A stretch of DNA of 64,000 nt from Dehalococcoidia bacterium (GTDB lineage Bacteria; Chloroflexota; Dehalococcoidia; Bin125): positions 64,001-128,000 of the forward strand of contig CAXXNO010000012.1 in assembly GCA_963663235.2 (NCBI GenBank), read 5' to 3'. Of this stretch, positions 51,712 to 62,116 are shown in pieces; positions within the stretch are counted from its first letter, which is position 1, and each line of letters opens with the position of its first letter. The notes under the pieces are model-generated. The model made no database searches, was not told the DNA's origin, and was given only the letters and a program-made list of their open reading frames with translations. The translations under genes and the position numbers were made by a program.

Positions 51712-53457
51712 CTATTCGGTGAGCGTGATGAAGCGAAGGTAGGGGATCACGATGCGAGGCGGCGTGTAGCCCTGCACGTAGGGCTTCACGAGCTCGTTGG
51801 CTTGCCCGAAGAAGAGGGGCAGCCAAGGCGCGTCCTGGACGATGACGGTTTCCGCTTGGCGGTAGAGGCGGATGCGCTCATCGAGGTCCGACTCAACCCG
51901 GGCGGCCTCCAGGATCGCATCGACGTCGGGATTGGAGTAGCCGGTGTTGTTCTGGAGCGAGCGGCTGTGGAAGAGGAGATCGAGGAAGTTCTCGGGGTCG
52001 GGGTAGTCGGCGATCCAGCCGATGTTGAACATCTGGTAGAGGCCCCGGTCCAGCTCCGAGTAGAAAGTGGCGGTCTCCACCTGCTGGATCTGGACCTCCA
52101 CGCCAAGGTTGTCCAGCCACATCTGCTGCATCGCCTCGATCACCGGGCCGGGCGTGGCGCCCAGGCCAGAGATGGTGAGCCGAACGGTGGGGAGACGGCC
52201 GGCGTAGGAGGAGTCGTCCAGGAGCTCGCGGGCCAGCTCGGGGTCGAAGGGGAGGCCACGGAAATCGGGGTCGTAGGCCAGGATGCCGGGCGGGAGGATG
52301 CCTTCGGCGACGGGCAATGCGCCCATGAGGACCACCTCTTGCAGCGTCAGCTTGTCCAGCGCCATGCCGAAGGCCTGACGTACCAAGGGATCGTCGAAGG
52401 GGGGCTGGCGCACGTTGAAGCCGATGTAAGAGACCGAGAGCTCCGCGCGGTTGACGAACTCCGCGTTGAGGGAGTCGGCGGGGTCGCGGACGCGTTCGAT
52501 ATCGTTGACGCCGACGCCGGCGATGTCGACCTCGTCGTTCTCATACTGGGTGACGGCGCCGCCCGCGAAGCGGATGCGCACCGCATCGATGGTGGCGGGG
52601 CCCAGGTGGTAGCGGTCAAAGGGGACCAGGACCATCTGCTCGCCCAGTTGCCACTCCTGCACGCGGAAGGGCCCGGTGCCATTGGGGTCGCGGGCCCAGT
52701 TCTGGGGGTCGGCCTCGACCTGCTGGCGGTCGACGACGAAGGCGGTGGGATAGGTGAGCTTGGCCAGGAAGTACTCCTTGGGGGCGTCGACCGTGATGTC
52801 GATGGTGCGCTCGTCGATGACCTCGACGCCGGTGATCGCGTCGATGCGGCCGCGGATGTAGTCGCGCGCGCCGACGATGTCGCCGAGGTAGTCCTGGGCG
52901 GTGGGCGAGAAGGTATCGGGCGAGGCGTTGCGCTCCAGGCTCCACTTCACGTCGTCGGCGGTCACGCGCCGGTTGTTGTGGAAGAGGGCGTCGCGGCGGA
53001 GCACGAAGCGGTAGGTCACCGTTCCATCCGGGTTGTCGATGACCTCGGGGAGCGCTTCCGCCAGATCGGGGACGATATTGAGATCTTGATCCAGCGTGAC
53101 GAGGCCGCTGAAGAGCTCGACCACGTAGGAGGCGGAAGTCGCGTCCGTGACCAGGGCGGGGTCCAGGGTGATGGGCTCCTGGCGGGCGATGCGGAGCTCG
53201 CCGCTGACGCGGGGGGCCGCCGGAGCGGCGGATCCGCCCGGCTCTGCGTCCGCCTGCTCCACGGCCTGGGCGCCGGGCTCCGCCTGGGCTTGCGCGGAGC
53301 CATCGCGGTCTTCACGGGTGGTGCGGGCGCGGTCGGCGTCGTCGTCGTCGCCGCCGCCGCCACCGCAGGCGGCAGCCACGAGGGTGACGAGCAGCAGCAG
53401 CGCCATGGCAGCAGGCCAGCGTCTCGCCGCCACTCTCCATAGCCGATCGACGGTCAT
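51712..53457 (-). CDS. Peptide ABC substrate-binding lipoprotein (family 5)
   Basis: Lipobox AAAC, TLDPA, PNGTGPF, WIADYPDPENF. Confidence 0.94.
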   Translation of the reverse strand: MTVDRLWRVAARRWPAAMALLLLVTLVAAACGGGGGDDDDADRARTTREDRDGSAQAQAEPGAQAVEQADAEPGGSAAPAAPRVSGELRIARQEPITLDPALVTDATSASYVVELFSGLVTLDQDLNIVPDLAEALPEVIDNPDGTVTYRFVLRRDALFHNNRRVTADDVKWSLERNASPDTFSPTAQDYLGDIVGARDYIRGRIDAITGVEVIDERTIDITVDAPKEYFLAKLTYPTAFVVDRQQVEADPQNWARDPNGTGPFRVQEWQLGEQMVLVPFDRYHLGPATIDAVRIRFAGGAVTQYENDEVDIAGVGVNDIERVRDPADSLNAEFVNRAELSVSYIGFNVRQPPFDDPLVRQAFGMALDKLTLQEVVLMGALPVAEGILPPGILAYDPDFRGLPFDPELARELLDDSSYAGRLPTVRLTISGLGATPGPVIEAMQQMWLDNLGVEVQIQQVETATFYSELDRGLYQMFNIGWIADYPDPENFLDLLFHSRSLQNNTGYSNPDVDAILEAARVESDLDERIRLYRQAETVIVQDAPWLPLFFGQANELVKPYVQGYTPPRIVIPYLRFITLTE

Positions 53458-53517
53458 CCACACACCTCAGCTTCCAGACCGGCGCGATCGTATCACCCGC
53501 ATCAGCAGGTTCGCGCG

Positions 53518-55341
53518 CTACTCCTGATCCGGCAGCGGCTTTGCCGCCAGGGGCCGGGCGGCCAGGCCCAACTCGGCGAGCTGCTCCGGCGGCACCGGCG
53601 CGGGCGCGCCCACGAGCAGATCGGTGGCCGCCTGGGTCTTGGGGAAAGCGATCACCTCGCGAATGTTATGTGCGCCGGCGAGGAGCATGGCGATGCGATC
53701 CAGCCCGAGCGCGATGCCGCCGTGCGGCGGTGCGCCGTACTCGAAGGCGGTGAGCATGTGCCCGAAGCGCGCCATTGCATCTTCCGGTCCGATGCCCAGG
53801 AGGCGGAAGACCCGCTCTTGGAGCTCTCGCTCGTGTATACGGATGGATCCGGAGGCCAGTTCTAAGCCGTTGGCAACAATATCGTAGGCGCGGGCGCGGA
53901 CCCGACCGGGATCACTCTCGATATGGGGGAGGTCGGCCTCAGCGGAGGCGGTAAAGGGATGGTGCAGCGCGTCCCAGCGCTGCTCCTTCTCCTTCCACTC
54001 GAGCAAGGGGAAGTCCGTCACGAAGGCGACGTGCAGGTCCGCATCATCGGTGAGGCCGAGGCGCCGGGCGACCTCGCGGCGGATCCCGTCGAGAACGACG
54101 TTGACCACTTTGTCGGCGTCGGCGGCGAGGAGGACCATGTCCCCGGCGCCGACCCCACAACTCCGGCCGATCGCCCGCGCCGCGTCCTCGCCCAAATGGC
54201 GGAGGACGGGGGAGCGGAGATCCCCGCCCTCGGCGGTATCGGGGTCGGCGGCGAACTGAATCGAGACCAAGCCCTTGGCCCCGAACGTCTTCGCCAAGGC
54301 GATGTAGTCATCGACCTGGCGGCGCGAGAGGGCCGCGCCTCCCGGCACGGGCACCGCGCGGACGCGTCCTCCGCGGGCGATGGCATCGCGGAAAACGGCG
54401 AAGGGCGAGTCGGTGAGCAGGGAGGTGCAGTCGACGAGCTCGAGCCCGAAGCGCGTGTCGGGCTTGTCCGTGCCGTAGCGCTCCATGACGTCCTGATAGG
54501 TGAGGCGGGGGAAGGGCGATTGCAGCCGCAGGTCGGGCCGGAGCTCACGGAACAGATCCGTGAGCAATTCCTCCATCAGCGAGAGAACGTCCTCTTCCTC
54601 GCAGAAGGCCATCTCGACATCGAGCTGGGTGAACTCCGGTTGACGGTCGGCCCGGAGATCCTCATCGCGGAAGCAGCGCACGATCTGGAAGTAGCGCTCG
54701 ACGCCGGCCACCATCAGGAGCTGCTTGAACTGCTGCGGCGACTGAGGCAGCGCGTAGAAGCTCCCGGGATGGAGGCGGCTGGGGACGAGGTAGTCGCGGG
54801 CGCCCTCGGGCGTGGGGACCACCAGGTCCGGGGTCTCGACCTCGATGAAGTCGCGGTCCGACATGAAGCGCCGGATGAAGCGGTTCATGCGGTGGCGGAG
54901 GAGCAGATTGGCCTGCATCTCCGGGCGACGCAGATCGAGGTAGCGATGCTTTAGGCGAACCGCCTCAGCCACCTCGCTGGGCTCGTTGATGGGGAAGGGC
55001 GGGGTACGGGCAGGGTTGAGGATCTCGAGTCGGGTCGCCAGGACCTCAACCTCGCCTGTGGGGATCTTGGCGTTCACCGTCTCGGGGCTGCGTCGCACGA
55101 CGGTCCCTTCGACGCGCAGGACGTACTCGACGCGGACGGAGGCCGCGGCGGCGTGCGCCTGGGGGGCGCGATCCGGGTGGAGCACCACCTGCACGATGCC
55201 GGCGCTGTCCCGCAGGTCGATGAAGATGAGGCCGCCGTGGTCGCGCCGGCGATGAATCCAGCCGGCCAGGGTCACGACCGCGCCTTCATGGTCGGTGCGC
55301 AAGTCGCCGCAGGGGTGGCTCTTCAGCAACGGATCCTCCAA
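53518..55341 (-). CDS. aspS: Aspartate-tRNA ligase (likely non-discriminating Asp/Asn type)
   Basis: RRRDHGGLIFIDLRD, PEGARDY, FRDEDLRADRQPEFTQ, PPHGG. The His in RDHGG and the presence of gatB fit the non-discriminating type. Confidence 0.97.
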   Translation of the reverse strand: MEDPLLKSHPCGDLRTDHEGAVVTLAGWIHRRRDHGGLIFIDLRDSAGIVQVVLHPDRAPQAHAAAASVRVEYVLRVEGTVVRRSPETVNAKIPTGEVEVLATRLEILNPARTPPFPINEPSEVAEAVRLKHRYLDLRRPEMQANLLLRHRMNRFIRRFMSDRDFIEVETPDLVVPTPEGARDYLVPSRLHPGSFYALPQSPQQFKQLLMVAGVERYFQIVRCFRDEDLRADRQPEFTQLDVEMAFCEEEDVLSLMEELLTDLFRELRPDLRLQSPFPRLTYQDVMERYGTDKPDTRFGLELVDCTSLLTDSPFAVFRDAIARGGRVRAVPVPGGAALSRRQVDDYIALAKTFGAKGLVSIQFAADPDTAEGGDLRSPVLRHLGEDAARAIGRSCGVGAGDMVLLAADADKVVNVVLDGIRREVARRLGLTDDADLHVAFVTDFPLLEWKEKEQRWDALHHPFTASAEADLPHIESDPGRVRARAYDIVANGLELASGSIRIHERELQERVFRLLGIGPEDAMARFGHMLTAFEYGAPPHGGIALGLDRIAMLLAGAHNIREVIAFPKTQAATDLLVGAPAPVPPEQLAELGLAARPLAAKPLPDQE

Positions 55342-55483
55342 GACGAGTCAGGGACGTCCGGACCGACGGGCAGCGCAGATCGGGACCGAGTCTGGCACGG
55401 GGCCGAAATCGAATCAAACGGCGGCGGCGGAGGGGTTATCGTTCGCGCGAGGTGCGGCGGGGCGGGGTGGGGATGGAGGAGCC

Positions 55484-56620
55484 ATGGGAATTGCGGCGGC
55501 GCTAGGCGCGGCGGTGGTCTGGGCGGTGGCCAGCACGTTCATGGCCTCGCAGACGGCGCGCGTGGACACGCTGTCGCTGAGCTTCATCCGTGCGGTGTGG
55601 GCGGGCGGCTTCTTCGTCGTAGCGCTGTTCGCCTTGGGAGGCGTGGACGATCTGATGAGCATGAGCTTCCACAATATGTGGCAGCTCTCACTGGCCGGGT
55701 TCGTGGCGTCGGGGGTGGGGGAGACGCTGTTCACGGCGTCGGTTGCGCTGATTGGGATGGCGCGGCCGTTGACCATCCTGCTGGGCGGGAACGTGCTCCT
55801 CGCCTTCGTGCTGTCGGCGATCTTCCTGGGGGAGACGGCCACGTGGGAGGTGGGGATTGGGGCGGCGCTGGTGGTGGCGGGCGTGTATCTGGTGGCGCTG
55901 CACGGCCGGCCCAGCGACGAGGAGGCGCGCATCGTCCGAGCACGCGCGGCGCGGGCGGCGGGTTCGGCGCCGGCAAGGGTGGACGAGCCGGCCGATCAAG
56001 GCGCCGGCGACTCCGAACTGCGGCTGCCGATGGCGGCGGTAGGCGCCGGTCCCAGCCGCGGAGAGCGAACGACGCTCGAGCCGGGGGCGGCCTCCGCGAG
56101 CGCGGCGCCAGCGGTGTTCCTTGGCTCGGCCCGGCTTGGGGACCGAGTGGGGCGGATCGAGATCTCGCATTGGCGGCGCCGGCTCAGCGAGCACCGGCAG
56201 ATGGCGGGCGTGGTGGTGGCTCTCTTGGCCGCGCTCAGCTTCGCCTCCGCGACCGTGTGGCTGAGGGCGGCGTCCGTCGACGTGGACGCCACGGCGGGGG
56301 TGATCGTGCGGATGCCGGTGATTCTGCCGGTGTTCGGGATCGCAGCGCTGGTGTGGCCCCGGTCTAGCCTGCGACGCCTGGACTTCGGACTGCGAAGCAT
56401 GAGCGCGATGGCGCTGTTCGGCGTGCTGGGGACCGGGGCCAGCGCCGTGCTGATTCTCATCGCGATCCAGGAGATCGGTGCGGGGCAGGCCGTGGCGGTC
56501 TATTCCATCTCGCCGCTCATCGGGCTGCCGCTGGCCGTAGTTTTCCTGCGCGAGCGGCTCACACGCTGGGCCGGGATTGGCACCGTCGTCGCGGTCGTGG
56601 GGATCGTGCTGATCACCTGA
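55484..56620 (+). CDS. DMT/EamA family transporter with long central loop (paralog 1)
   Basis: Two 5-TM EamA halves (FLGE..., LRERLT), about 100-aa linker; GGAGGAG RBS. Confidence 0.9.
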   Translation: MGIAAALGAAVVWAVASTFMASQTARVDTLSLSFIRAVWAGGFFVVALFALGGVDDLMSMSFHNMWQLSLAGFVASGVGETLFTASVALIGMARPLTILLGGNVLLAFVLSAIFLGETATWEVGIGAALVVAGVYLVALHGRPSDEEARIVRARAARAAGSAPARVDEPADQGAGDSELRLPMAAVGAGPSRGERTTLEPGAASASAAPAVFLGSARLGDRVGRIEISHWRRRLSEHRQMAGVVVALLAALSFASATVWLRAASVDVDATAGVIVRMPVILPVFGIAALVWPRSSLRRLDFGLRSMSAMALFGVLGTGASAVLILIAIQEIGAGQAVAVYSISPLIGLPLAVVFLRERLTRWAGIGTVVAVVGIVLIT

Positions 56621-56713
56621 GCGGCACGGGAAGCGCGGCCGGAGCCAGCGAGTAGGATGGTGCGATGCGTCCGCCAGCGACACTCGTGCCCCATCTGATC
56701 AGAGCCCGATAGC

Positions 56714-57886
56714 GTGGGCGTTCTCGCTGCCCTGGCCACCGCTCTCGGTTGGGCGGTCTCGGGCACGCTGATCGCCAGCAAATCCGGCCGCGTCGATTTC
56801 CTGTCGCTTGCGGGCGTGCGCATGTTTTTTGCGGGGCTGTTCGTGACGGCGGCGCTGTTCGCTCTGGGCGGTCAGGGCGGTCTGCTGCGCATGGACTTGA
56901 ACGACTTCGTGCAGCTGATCGGAAACGGGTTCCTATCGATCCTGATCGGCGAGCCACTCTACGTCCTCGCCATCGCGTTGTTGGGGCTGACGCGGGCGTT
57001 TACGAGTTTCATCGGCCTGTACAGCCTGGCGGCTCTCATCCTGCCGGCGCTCATCCTGGGCGAGCCGGTGAGTGAGAAAACGGCCGTCGGCGCGGTGATG
57101 ATCGTGGTGGGGGTATACACGGTGGCGGTGTACGGACGGGCAGGTGGAGCGACCCCCGCTCGCGCCGATCTTCATCCCGACCCCGCCGCGCGAGACGCCG
57201 GGGCCGCGGCGCTGCTCCCAGGATCGGCGCCGGCGTGGTCAGTGGGGGGCCTGCACTCAGCGCCTGCGTTGTTCCTAGGCTCAACCCGCGCGCGCGGAGG
57301 CGGAGCGGCATCCCCGGCGCTGTTCCTGGGCACCGACCGCTCGAATGCAGGCCGAACGGCAGCCCAGCGGCCACCGATTGCGGGTGGAAGCGAGGCGGAC
57401 GCGGCGAGCGGGCCGGCGCCGGCGACGGTGCGGCTGCCGATCATCGGCCGGCCGGCCTCCCGCCTGCTCGTCGGGACGCTGCTGGCAATGACGGCCGCAC
57501 TGTGCCTGGCCGGGAGCGCGACGTGGCTGAAGAGCGCGGCGGCGGACTTCGAGGCGTCCACCGTGGCAGTGCTGATCCTGTGTCCGGCGGCGCTGATCCT
57601 GGCGACCGGAGCGATTGTGCGGCCCGGCAGCGCGCTGCGCCGCGGGGCCGTATCGGTGGGAAGCGTGAGCGTGATCGGGCTCTCCGGAGTGATCTCGATC
57701 GGAATCGGCAGCATCTTCATGGTGTTCGCGCTCCAGGAGATCGGCCCGGGGCCCGCGTCCGTGATCTTCGCGACGTCGGCGATCTTCGCGCTGCCACTGG
57801 GGGCGATCGTCTTGCACGAACGGGTGACGGTGTGGGGAGCGCTGGGCGCCGCGCTGGCGGTGGGAGGGATTGCGTTACTGGCGTGA
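56714..57886 (+). CDS. DMT/EamA family transporter with long central loop (paralog 2)
   Basis: Same architecture; clear paralog of its neighbours. Confidence 0.9.
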   Translation: MGVLAALATALGWAVSGTLIASKSGRVDFLSLAGVRMFFAGLFVTAALFALGGQGGLLRMDLNDFVQLIGNGFLSILIGEPLYVLAIALLGLTRAFTSFIGLYSLAALILPALILGEPVSEKTAVGAVMIVVGVYTVAVYGRAGGATPARADLHPDPAARDAGAAALLPGSAPAWSVGGLHSAPALFLGSTRARGGGAASPALFLGTDRSNAGRTAAQRPPIAGGSEADAASGPAPATVRLPIIGRPASRLLVGTLLAMTAALCLAGSATWLKSAAADFEASTVAVLILCPAALILATGAIVRPGSALRRGAVSVGSVSVIGLSGVISIGIGSIFMVFALQEIGPGPASVIFATSAIFALPLGAIVLHERVTVWGALGAALAVGGIALLA

Positions 57887-57944
57887 CTGAGGCGAGCGGT
57901 TTTCCGTTGGGCGATCGGCGCAGCGCAGAGCGAGCCGTCTGAGG

Positions 57945-59087
57945 ATGGGCGTCCTCGCAGCCCTCGGCGTGGCACTGGCCTGGGCGATCGCCGCGGCGGT
58001 GATCAGCCACCACGTGAAGCGGATCGACCCGGTCTCCATCGCGGCGCTGCGGATGGTGTTCGCCGCGCTGTTCTCGGTCGCGGCACTCTACGCGCTGAAC
58101 TCGCAGGGCGATCTGGCAAGCATGTCGTTCAACAACATGTGGCAGTTGGCCGCCGCCGGCATGCTGGCCATCGTGATCGGGGACCCGCTCTACGTGGTCG
58201 CCACCAAAATACTTGGGCTGATGCGGGCGTTCACGACCATCATCGGGCTGTTCAGCCTGCTGGCGTTTGTGCTGCCGGCTGTGTTGTTGGGCGACCCGGT
58301 GACCGTGACGGACGGTGCGGGAGCGGTGCTGATCATCGCGGGGGTGTACGTGGTCGCCCTGTACGGGCGGCCGCGGGCGGATGCGGTCGCTGGAGAGACC
58401 GGCGAGACGCGAACGCTCGGCGCTCGACAACCTCACGAGGCGTGGGCGGTAACCCCGGCCCTTTTCCTCGGTTCCGTGCGACCGGCGGGCGGCGGCCGGG
58501 CGATGCCGTCGGTGTTTCTGGGCGCAAGCCGCTCGGCGCCGCCGCCGTCGCGCGGGCCGGAGGAAGGAGAGCGGCGACCGATCGCGGGGGGGAGCAACGC
58601 GCAGGCGACGGAGGGGCGGGCGATGCTCCGGATTCCGGGGATCGGGCTGAGCCTGCCCCGGGTGATGGTGGGGATCGCGATCGCGCTGACGACGGCGCTG
58701 GCGTGGGCCGGCGATACGACGTGGCTGCGGAGCGCGTCGGAAGGGCACGAGGCAGCGTCGGTGGCGATGCTGCACATCCCGCCGGGCGCGATCCTGTTGT
58801 CGCTGTACGTGACGGCGCGACCCACCTCGGCGATCCGGCGCCGGACGCTCACGCTTCGAGCCGTGGTGGTCATTGGGATGACCGGCGTCTTCTCAACGGG
58901 CGTGGGAACGCTGTTGTTCGTGTTCGCGGTCCAAGACATCGGCGGGGGGCCAGCGTCGGTGTTGTTCGCGACGGCGCCGCTGTTCGCGCTGCCGATCGCG
59001 GTGCTGGTGCTGCGGGAGCGGATCACGGTGTGGGCCGTGGTGGGGACGGTGATCGCGGTGGGCGGGATCGTGCTGCTGGCATCGTGA
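57945..59087 (+). CDS. DMT/EamA family transporter with long central loop (paralog 3)
   Basis: Same architecture; clear paralog of its neighbours. Confidence 0.9.
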   Translation: MGVLAALGVALAWAIAAAVISHHVKRIDPVSIAALRMVFAALFSVAALYALNSQGDLASMSFNNMWQLAAAGMLAIVIGDPLYVVATKILGLMRAFTTIIGLFSLLAFVLPAVLLGDPVTVTDGAGAVLIIAGVYVVALYGRPRADAVAGETGETRTLGARQPHEAWAVTPALFLGSVRPAGGGRAMPSVFLGASRSAPPPSRGPEEGERRPIAGGSNAQATEGRAMLRIPGIGLSLPRVMVGIAIALTTALAWAGDTTWLRSASEGHEAASVAMLHIPPGAILLSLYVTARPTSAIRRRTLTLRAVVVIGMTGVFSTGVGTLLFVFAVQDIGGGPASVLFATAPLFALPIAVLVLRERITVWAVVGTVIAVGGIVLLAS

Positions 59088-59233
59088 CGGCGAGCCGTCC
59101 GCCGCGCGGGCCGATGCGGTAGCCTATCCCGCCCAAGGCGTGGGCCGGTCCTTGGCCGGGTCATGGACCTCGCCTTGATCGAGCCGTCGGTGGAGCGGAG
59201 CCAATCGCGTCACAGCGATCGGAGGGCCAGAGC

Positions 59234-60427
59234 ATGGCGCTGGAGAAAGTCTGTCACCAGTCGGAGAGGCACCGCTGGTACGACCGGCTGCCGGCATCGC
59301 CGGCGGTCCAGGTCGGTGAGCTGCTATTCATCGGCGGGCAGGTAGCGCTCGATGGCGACGGCCGCCCGGTTGCGCCAGGCGACGTGCGCGCGCAGGCGAA
59401 ATACGCGTTCGAGCGGATGCGCGAGCTGGTACAGGCGGCCGGGGGCGGCATGGACGACGTGGTGGACATCATCTCGCTGCACAAGGACGCGCGGGAGATG
59501 GACACGGTGTTCGAAGTGGCGCGGGAGTTCTTCACGTCGGACTATCCGGCCTGGACGGCGGTGGCGAGCACGGGGTTCCAGGAGCCGGAGCTGCTGGTGA
59601 GCATCCGGGCGATCGCGCACCTGGGGGCGGGGAAGAAGGAGTGCTTCACGCCGGAGACGATCCGCTGGGTGCGGCGCTTCCCGATGTCCGGCGGGTGCAA
59701 GAAGGGCGACCTGCTGTTCGTCTCCGGCCAGATGGGGGCCGACGCGGACGGCTACATCACGCGGCCGGGTGACCACGGAGCGCAGGCGCAGTACGCCTTC
59801 CGGCGCATCCAGGAGATCGTGGAGATGGCGGGCGGCAGCATGGACGACGTCATCGACCTGATCGGGTTCAACCGTGACCCGCGGGGGATGGACGCGGCGG
59901 TCGACGTGTGGCTGCAAGAGGTCGTGGCGGACGTGGCGCGGGAGAACGCGCCCACCGTCACGACCATCGGGACGCCGGGGCTCTACCGGCTGGGGCTCCT
60001 GGGCGCGTATCGGGCGATCGCGGACTTCAGCCCGGGCCCGCGAGTGGCGCACTGCCCGCCGAGCATCTGGTGGCACGCGCTGCCGATCGCGGGCGGGGCG
60101 AAAAAAGAGGGCGGGCGCTTGATCACCATCGCGGGCGAGGTCGCGTCCGACGGGGACGGCAACATCATCACGCCGGGCAACACCGCCCGGCAAGCGCGCT
60201 ACGCGCTGGCGCGGATCCAAGAGGTGCTGGAACGCTTCGGCGCGTCGATGGAGAACGTTGTAGAGGTCAGCTCCTTCCACAAGGACCCGCGGGCGTGGCC
60301 GATCGTGATGGAGGTGGCGGAGGAGTTCTTCGGCACGGAAGCCGGGCCAGCCTGGACCGTGGCGGGGACGACGGGTCTTTACAAGGAAGGCTACCTGCAC
60401 GAGATCTACGCGGCCGCGATGGTCTGA
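59234..60427 (+). CDS. Protein of three tandem Rid (YjgF/UK114) domains
   Basis: Three repeats of about 130 aa: LFIGGQV/LFVSGQM/ITIAGEV...Q..YA..R......G.M..V. Confidence 0.9.
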   Translation: MALEKVCHQSERHRWYDRLPASPAVQVGELLFIGGQVALDGDGRPVAPGDVRAQAKYAFERMRELVQAAGGGMDDVVDIISLHKDAREMDTVFEVAREFFTSDYPAWTAVASTGFQEPELLVSIRAIAHLGAGKKECFTPETIRWVRRFPMSGGCKKGDLLFVSGQMGADADGYITRPGDHGAQAQYAFRRIQEIVEMAGGSMDDVIDLIGFNRDPRGMDAAVDVWLQEVVADVARENAPTVTTIGTPGLYRLGLLGAYRAIADFSPGPRVAHCPPSIWWHALPIAGGAKKEGGRLITIAGEVASDGDGNIITPGNTARQARYALARIQEVLERFGASMENVVEVSSFHKDPRAWPIVMEVAEEFFGTEAGPAWTVAGTTGLYKEGYLHEIYAAAMV

Positions 60428-60604
60428 CCGGCGGCGCCGGAGTCTTGGGCAGGCCCTGGACAGGGGTGTCGAAACTTGACCGGCAGGCGCATAATGCGCC
60501 GGAGAGAAGCCGCCCGCCCCGGAGTGGAGGTGGGCAGTGACGACGTTCCACCGATGCAAGCGGCGATCCCGTAGGCGGCGCGGGCAGGCGAAGGGACTGA
60601 GACC

Positions 60605-62008
60605 ATGCTGGAAGTCGGAATGTTCCACAACGGCGCAACGGACCTCCCAGCCGTGGCGTCGAAGCCGGACGGGGTCCCGGTCCCCGACGCCAGTCTGGAA
60701 GAGGTGCACGAGAGCTATCAGCGCATCACCGCGCGGCAGGTCCGGCAGGCGATCCTGGCCGAGCAGCTGGGCTTCAACTACGTCTTCTTCACCGAACACC
60801 ACTTCCAGCCGGAAGGGGCGGAGTTCAGCCCCAATCCGTTGATCACGCTGGCCGCCATCGCCTCACGGACGAACCGCATCCGGCTGGGGCAGATGGCCAA
60901 CATCCTGCCCTGGTGGCACCCGATCCGCCTCGCCGAGCAAGCGGCCACGCTGGACGTGATCAGCGGCGGCCGGCTGGAGTTCGGCATCGGGCGGGGGTAC
61001 CAGCCGCGGGAGGCGGAGGTCTTCGGCAAGCCCTACGGGTCCACGGTGCAGGACCAAGAGCGGAACCGGCGCTACTTCGAGGAGGCGCTGGAGCTGATCC
61101 TGAAGTGCTGGACGCAGCCCTCGTTCTCTCACCAGGGCGAGTTCTTCACCATTCCGCCCAGCTACACGCGCTGGCACCATTGGGGGACCATCGGCTACTT
61201 CAACCAGCCCAAGGCCGGGCGGAGTGTGGACCAGGTGCTCAACATCGCGCCGGCGGACATGTACTCGATGATGTCGGCGCAGCCGCTCTACGCCACAACG
61301 ACGACGCTGAAGGAGATCAGCGTCTTCCCGCAGCCGTTGCAGAAGCCGTACCCGCAGATGTGGGAGCCGTCGAACAGCGAGCGCTCAGTGCGATATTCGG
61401 CGCGCCATGGCATCAACGCGTTCACCGTGCCGGATTCGAACGAACGGGTGAAGGCGAACGTCGAGACGTACTACGACGAGTCCGAGAAGGAAGGCTGGCC
61501 GGATCGGCTCAACCGCGGGCAGTGGAAGTACGGCTGGGACGCGGAGAAGAAGCGAGGCTACGGCTGCTGCCGCTGGGTGCACATCGTGCCGCCGGGCCCG
61601 GGGGCGAAGGCGGCGATCGAGCGGTTCAAGCGGTCGCTGGAGTTCCAGTGGAACTACTACAGCCCGTTCGGGATCGCGGCGCTGCTGGCGGACCCGGGCG
61701 AGGAGCCGCCCGACGCGTACAAGCTGATCCCGGCCGATCTGGTGATTGAGAAGGGGCTGGCGTTCGTCGGCACGGCGGACGAAGTGGTCGACAAGATCAT
61801 GAACGTCAAAGAGGTCGTGGGATACGACGACTTCATGTTCACGGCGTGGTTCGAGGGCACCAGCTACACCCAGGAAGAGATCGAAGAGCAGATGCATCGG
61901 TTCGCGGCCGACGTGCTGCCGTCGCTGGCGAAGGCCTGCGGCGGACTGGTGGAGAACCCGGCAGTGAACGTCGACCTGCTGCCGATGGAGGCGCAGCCGG
62001 TTTCCTAG
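60605..62008 (+). CDS. LLM-class (luciferase-like) flavin-dependent oxidoreductase
   Basis: AEQLGF..VFFTEHHF, HPIRLAEQAATLD..SGGRLEFGIGRGY, P.P.QKP.P. Confidence 0.93.
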   Translation: MLEVGMFHNGATDLPAVASKPDGVPVPDASLEEVHESYQRITARQVRQAILAEQLGFNYVFFTEHHFQPEGAEFSPNPLITLAAIASRTNRIRLGQMANILPWWHPIRLAEQAATLDVISGGRLEFGIGRGYQPREAEVFGKPYGSTVQDQERNRRYFEEALELILKCWTQPSFSHQGEFFTIPPSYTRWHHWGTIGYFNQPKAGRSVDQVLNIAPADMYSMMSAQPLYATTTTLKEISVFPQPLQKPYPQMWEPSNSERSVRYSARHGINAFTVPDSNERVKANVETYYDESEKEGWPDRLNRGQWKYGWDAEKKRGYGCCRWVHIVPPGPGAKAAIERFKRSLEFQWNYYSPFGIAALLADPGEEPPDAYKLIPADLVIEKGLAFVGTADEVVDKIMNVKEVVGYDDFMFTAWFEGTSYTQEEIEEQMHRFAADVLPSLAKACGGLVENPAVNVDLLPMEAQPVS

Positions 62009-62116
62009 AGCACCCACGCGCCGCAAGCGGCGACGTGGAGCGGGGGACGGGGCGCGGGGGGTTGGCCCGCGCGCCCGCGCGTTAAGGCGGAGTGGGGCGG
62101 GCGGTAGACTACGGGC

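Noticed and set aside
60490-60604. GC-rich leader upstream of the LLM gene as a riboswitch
   Set aside because: No recognisable aptamer consensus; the pairing potential is explained by high GC.
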